DNA of 64,000 nucleotides, from contig NC_135896.1 in NCBI RefSeq assembly GCF_964194155.1, positions 94,488,001-94,552,000 on the forward strand, read 5' to 3'. Positions 61,501 through 64,000 of the stretch are shown here, one piece after another. Source of the stretch: Cetorhinus maximus. Taxonomy: Eukaryota. Position numbers and translations under genes: made by a program. The number at the start of each line of letters is the position of its first letter. Position 1 is the stretch's first letter. The notes beneath the pieces were generated by a model. It worked only from the letters and a program-made list of their open reading frames with translations, had not been told where the DNA came from and made no database searches.

Positions 61501-62806
61501 AGACTGATCCAATTCCACTCTCCTTTCTCCATAGACCTGCAAATTTTCTTTTCAAAAGCATGAATCCAGTTTCTTTTCAAATTTTCTATTGAATCTGCTT
61601 CCACCACCCTTTCGGCAGTGCATTCCAGATCATCATAACTCAATTAGTACACCCCTAGGTTAATTGCAGCAGTACCACCCTGAGCACAGTCCAGGGATCG
61701 AACCCAGGATCACTGTGGTCTATATGACTTATACAATCTCAGCCATCAGGAAAATCAAAGCATCTTTCAGAGTGAAGTTATGGAAGCACCTTACTGACTT
61801 ACCTGTTTAAAAAATGTTCATGGCTGACCCCTACAATACAGCGATTTGTAGGGAAATGCACCTTTATAAGTGTGGCAATTACATATTTTTGATATTATCT
61901 ATTTTATATCATAATTAGGGAAGTAGCCCAAACATTAATGTACATCAATGGTGCCAGAGTCAGCAAATTGTGATCAGCTCAAGACCTGAAAGAAACTTGT
62001 TGCTTAATGTCTCAATCATTTTATACTTAGGAAGTCTGTTATCCCCACCTTTTATTCAATAACGAGGAAATAAAGTACATCGGATTGCACGTTGATTTTG
62101 ATGCTGTTTAATCAATCTAATTTTCACAGCTTTTCACTAATATTCAGTTCAACCATAAAATCAGGGACCCAGAAATTGATATCGTAGTTATTAAAATTAA
62201 CCTAATTAAATTTTAATTACATTGGGATATTAGCTACAGTTGTGTAGGGGGTTATGTTACTGGACATGTAATGCAGAGACTTGGGATTAATACTCCAGAG
62301 AATGTGAGTTCAAATTCCACAGAGGGAAGTTTGAGAATTTGAATTTAGTGTTGAAAAGAAAATGTGGAAATCAAAAGCTGGTATCAGTAAAATGACCTTA
62401 AACTGCTGGACTGTCAAAAAAAATCCAACTGCTTTATTAATTTCCCTCAGGGGAAAGCAATATTATCCTTACTCAGTCTGATCTATATGTGATTCCAGAC
62501 CCACATCAATGTTGTTGACACTTAATTGCTCCCTAAAGTGGCCTGTTGAGGTCTCGCATGTATTAAAGCTATTTTCAGCAGTTCAAGAAGAAAGCCCCCC
62601 ACACCAAATTCTCAGGGAAATTAGGAATGGGCAATAAATGCCTTGCCAGCAGCTCACCACATCAAAGAATGAACAGATAAATAAAATAAATAATGCTACC
62701 TTTTTAATTTATAGCCACTTAATCACTGACATGCAAGAATCCAGCAGTGGGATAAAAGAGATGACAAATGGCGAATATGGGAATACCTACAAACTGTGCT
62801 TTACAG
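58473..62806 (+). CDS. PLEK2: Pleckstrin-2-like protein, partial: join(58473-58520,59637-59801,60977-61158,62715-62806); N-terminal PH domain and start of DEP domain; continues beyond the window
   Basis: Spliced peptide MQGETALSREGFLVKR|GHVVHNWKVRWFILSKDQLLYYK...CPCLDYANRP|LVIKLKTKNSVEHFLEASSREQRDSW...|HLITDMQESSSGIKE...TYKLCFT resembles PLEK2 (EGFLVKRGHIVHNWKARWFIL...CPCLEYENRP). Introns are GT-AG and frames are consistent. PLEK2 is the known syntenic neighbour of EIF2S1. Confidence 0.92.
58584..58749. mobile_element. Palindromic short Penelope-derived element (family 1) in PLEK2-like intron 1
   Basis: TSD GTGAGTTACCGT (58572-58583 and 58750-58761). Short inverted arm plus a tailed arm containing GTTCTGTTGAAGGGACTCGAAACGTTAAC. 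Confidence 0.85.
59637..59801 (+). CDS. PLEK2: PLEK2-like exon 2 (PH domain)
   Basis: tttcag|GGTCAC...AGGCCG|gtgaga; 165 nt, open frame. Confidence 0.93.
59808..59885 (+). repeat. Short ~29-bp tandem duplication (2-3 copies) directly after PLEK2-like exon 2
   Basis: ATAAAGCATGTTTGTGTGTT(A/C)ATAAAAT repeated. Confidence 0.75.
60977..61158 (+). CDS. PLEK2: PLEK2-like exon 3
   Basis: ttccag|CTGGTG...CTCAG|gtaagt; 182 nt; includes the PH C-terminal helix Trp (SREQRDSWAADI). Confidence 0.93.
62715..62806 (+). CDS. PLEK2: PLEK2-like exon 4 (DEP domain start)
   Basis: ttatag|CCACTT...TTTACAG|gtaagc; 92 nt; the TYKLCFT-G motif is typical of DEP domains. Confidence 0.9.
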
Positions 62807-64000
62807 GTAAGCAAGGGAATGTGGAAACCTGGAGAAGGCTCGAGTTTTGTTTTGCTATTTTTATTCTTTCTGATTTTCTTCCCTCCCTGTCAGAAGATAT
62901 GGTTCCAGACAATTCTCTGTGGTCATTCTTCATGTGTATGCTTTTAACAATGAGTATTGTCTGTCTGTCGAGGGATTGCAGCCAAACCCAATACTCTCTT
63001 TAACTGACCAGCTCACCCCCCACAACAACCTTCCCGCTACAGTGATCAGCTACCAGGGCAGGAACCCTGGCCAATTACCCTTCCCCCACCACCATCCCCC
63101 CCTCCCCCCCACAATGCTTCTGCTTCATCCAGAAGGAAAGTGTCTCCATGACCACTTTCACTGATGTTCTACAAACCTGCCAAATGTGGCTCTGTCTGAG
63201 TGGCATTCACTCATTTTAGTTTAATAATGATTATTTTGAACCCTTCAGCGCTGACGTTTCCTTCCCCGTAAGGATTCAATCACAAGAAACATTTTTGAAT
63301 GAGACACCAAGATTAAATAGAATCACATTGATCTAATCCCATGTATCTTCACTGGTTCTTCCCAATCCCTTTATTCCCCTTTCCTTCAATCATCTGTCTA
63401 ACCTATGCTTAAATGTTGACATGTTCTCTGCCTCAATCATTAACTCCAGTAATCAGTTCTACAGACTTGCAACCCTGTGTGCCAAAAAGGTTATCCCGCT
63501 TCAAGTCCAATTCATCTTATATCGCTGCACCCTTCAGTTCAGAGCTGGAAACCGTCTGCTTTTATCTACTCTGTTTCATCCATCCATAATTTTAAACACC
63601 TACATCAAATCTCTATTCTAATAATAACAGCACCAATTTTTCAAGTCTTTCTTCATGTTTCATATCTTATGTTTGATTTTCCTCAGAGCAATGCATAGGT
63701 GACACTAGTTTTTAAGTGTGTAGGAACTTTATTTACAGAGTTTTACACAATGCTTAAAATGTCTACTCCCATGCTTCCAGCTCAGTTTCTAGTAGCTTCT
63801 GTGTTGTCTGGTTATTTTCCTCTGAGTCAACACCATTGGCTTAACCAATCAAGCATAGTAAACATAGATTAGTCACCAGGCTCTCATAATCAAACATTGA
63901 ACAATTGAACACTACATCTTGATTTTGTGTTTCCTCATGCCAGGTGACATCGTAACATTCTGCCTTGACATCTTTCTTACAGTCTAGAACCCAAAACTAC

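Noticed and set aside
63944-63987. Candidate PLEK2 exon 5 after ..CCTCATGCCAG
   Set aside because: In the required phase it reads GDIVTFCLDIFLTV then TAG, with no similarity to the expected DEP motif (GxxxVDWL). The true exon is probably beyond the window.

Overview
Eukaryotic vertebrate genomic DNA. The repeat content (CR1/L2 LINEs, Penelope-like elements, SacSINE1-like SINEs) points to a cartilaginous fish, probably a shark; this is an inference. Three genes are readable by splicing. (1) The first coding exon of ATP6V1D on the minus strand (1836-1876). (2) The complete EIF2S1 (eIF2-alpha) gene on the plus strand: a non-coding exon 1 ending at ~2789 and seven coding exons from 7820 to 33774, giving 948 nt or 315 aa. 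It sits head-to-head with ATP6V1D across a CpG-island promoter that carries a CLEAR motif, YY1 sites and a 43-bp tandem array of NRF1 sites. (3) The first four coding exons of a pleckstrin-2 (PLEK2)-like gene on the plus strand (58473-62806), in tandem with EIF2S1 rather than convergent as I recall for human. Most remaining sequence is nested transposable-element debris. The most notable hidden structure is two families of Penelope-type elements carrying minimal hammerhead-ribozyme motifs. They are inserted as head-to-head palindromes of 170 bp to 1.4 kb with 12-15 bp target-site duplications. One family-2 copy has an intact hammerhead core just downstream of the EIF2S1 polyA signals. Also seen: an ERV-like LTR+PPT fragment with a 4-bp TSD, and a ~210-bp segment of EIF2S1 intron 4 duplicated into intron 5.
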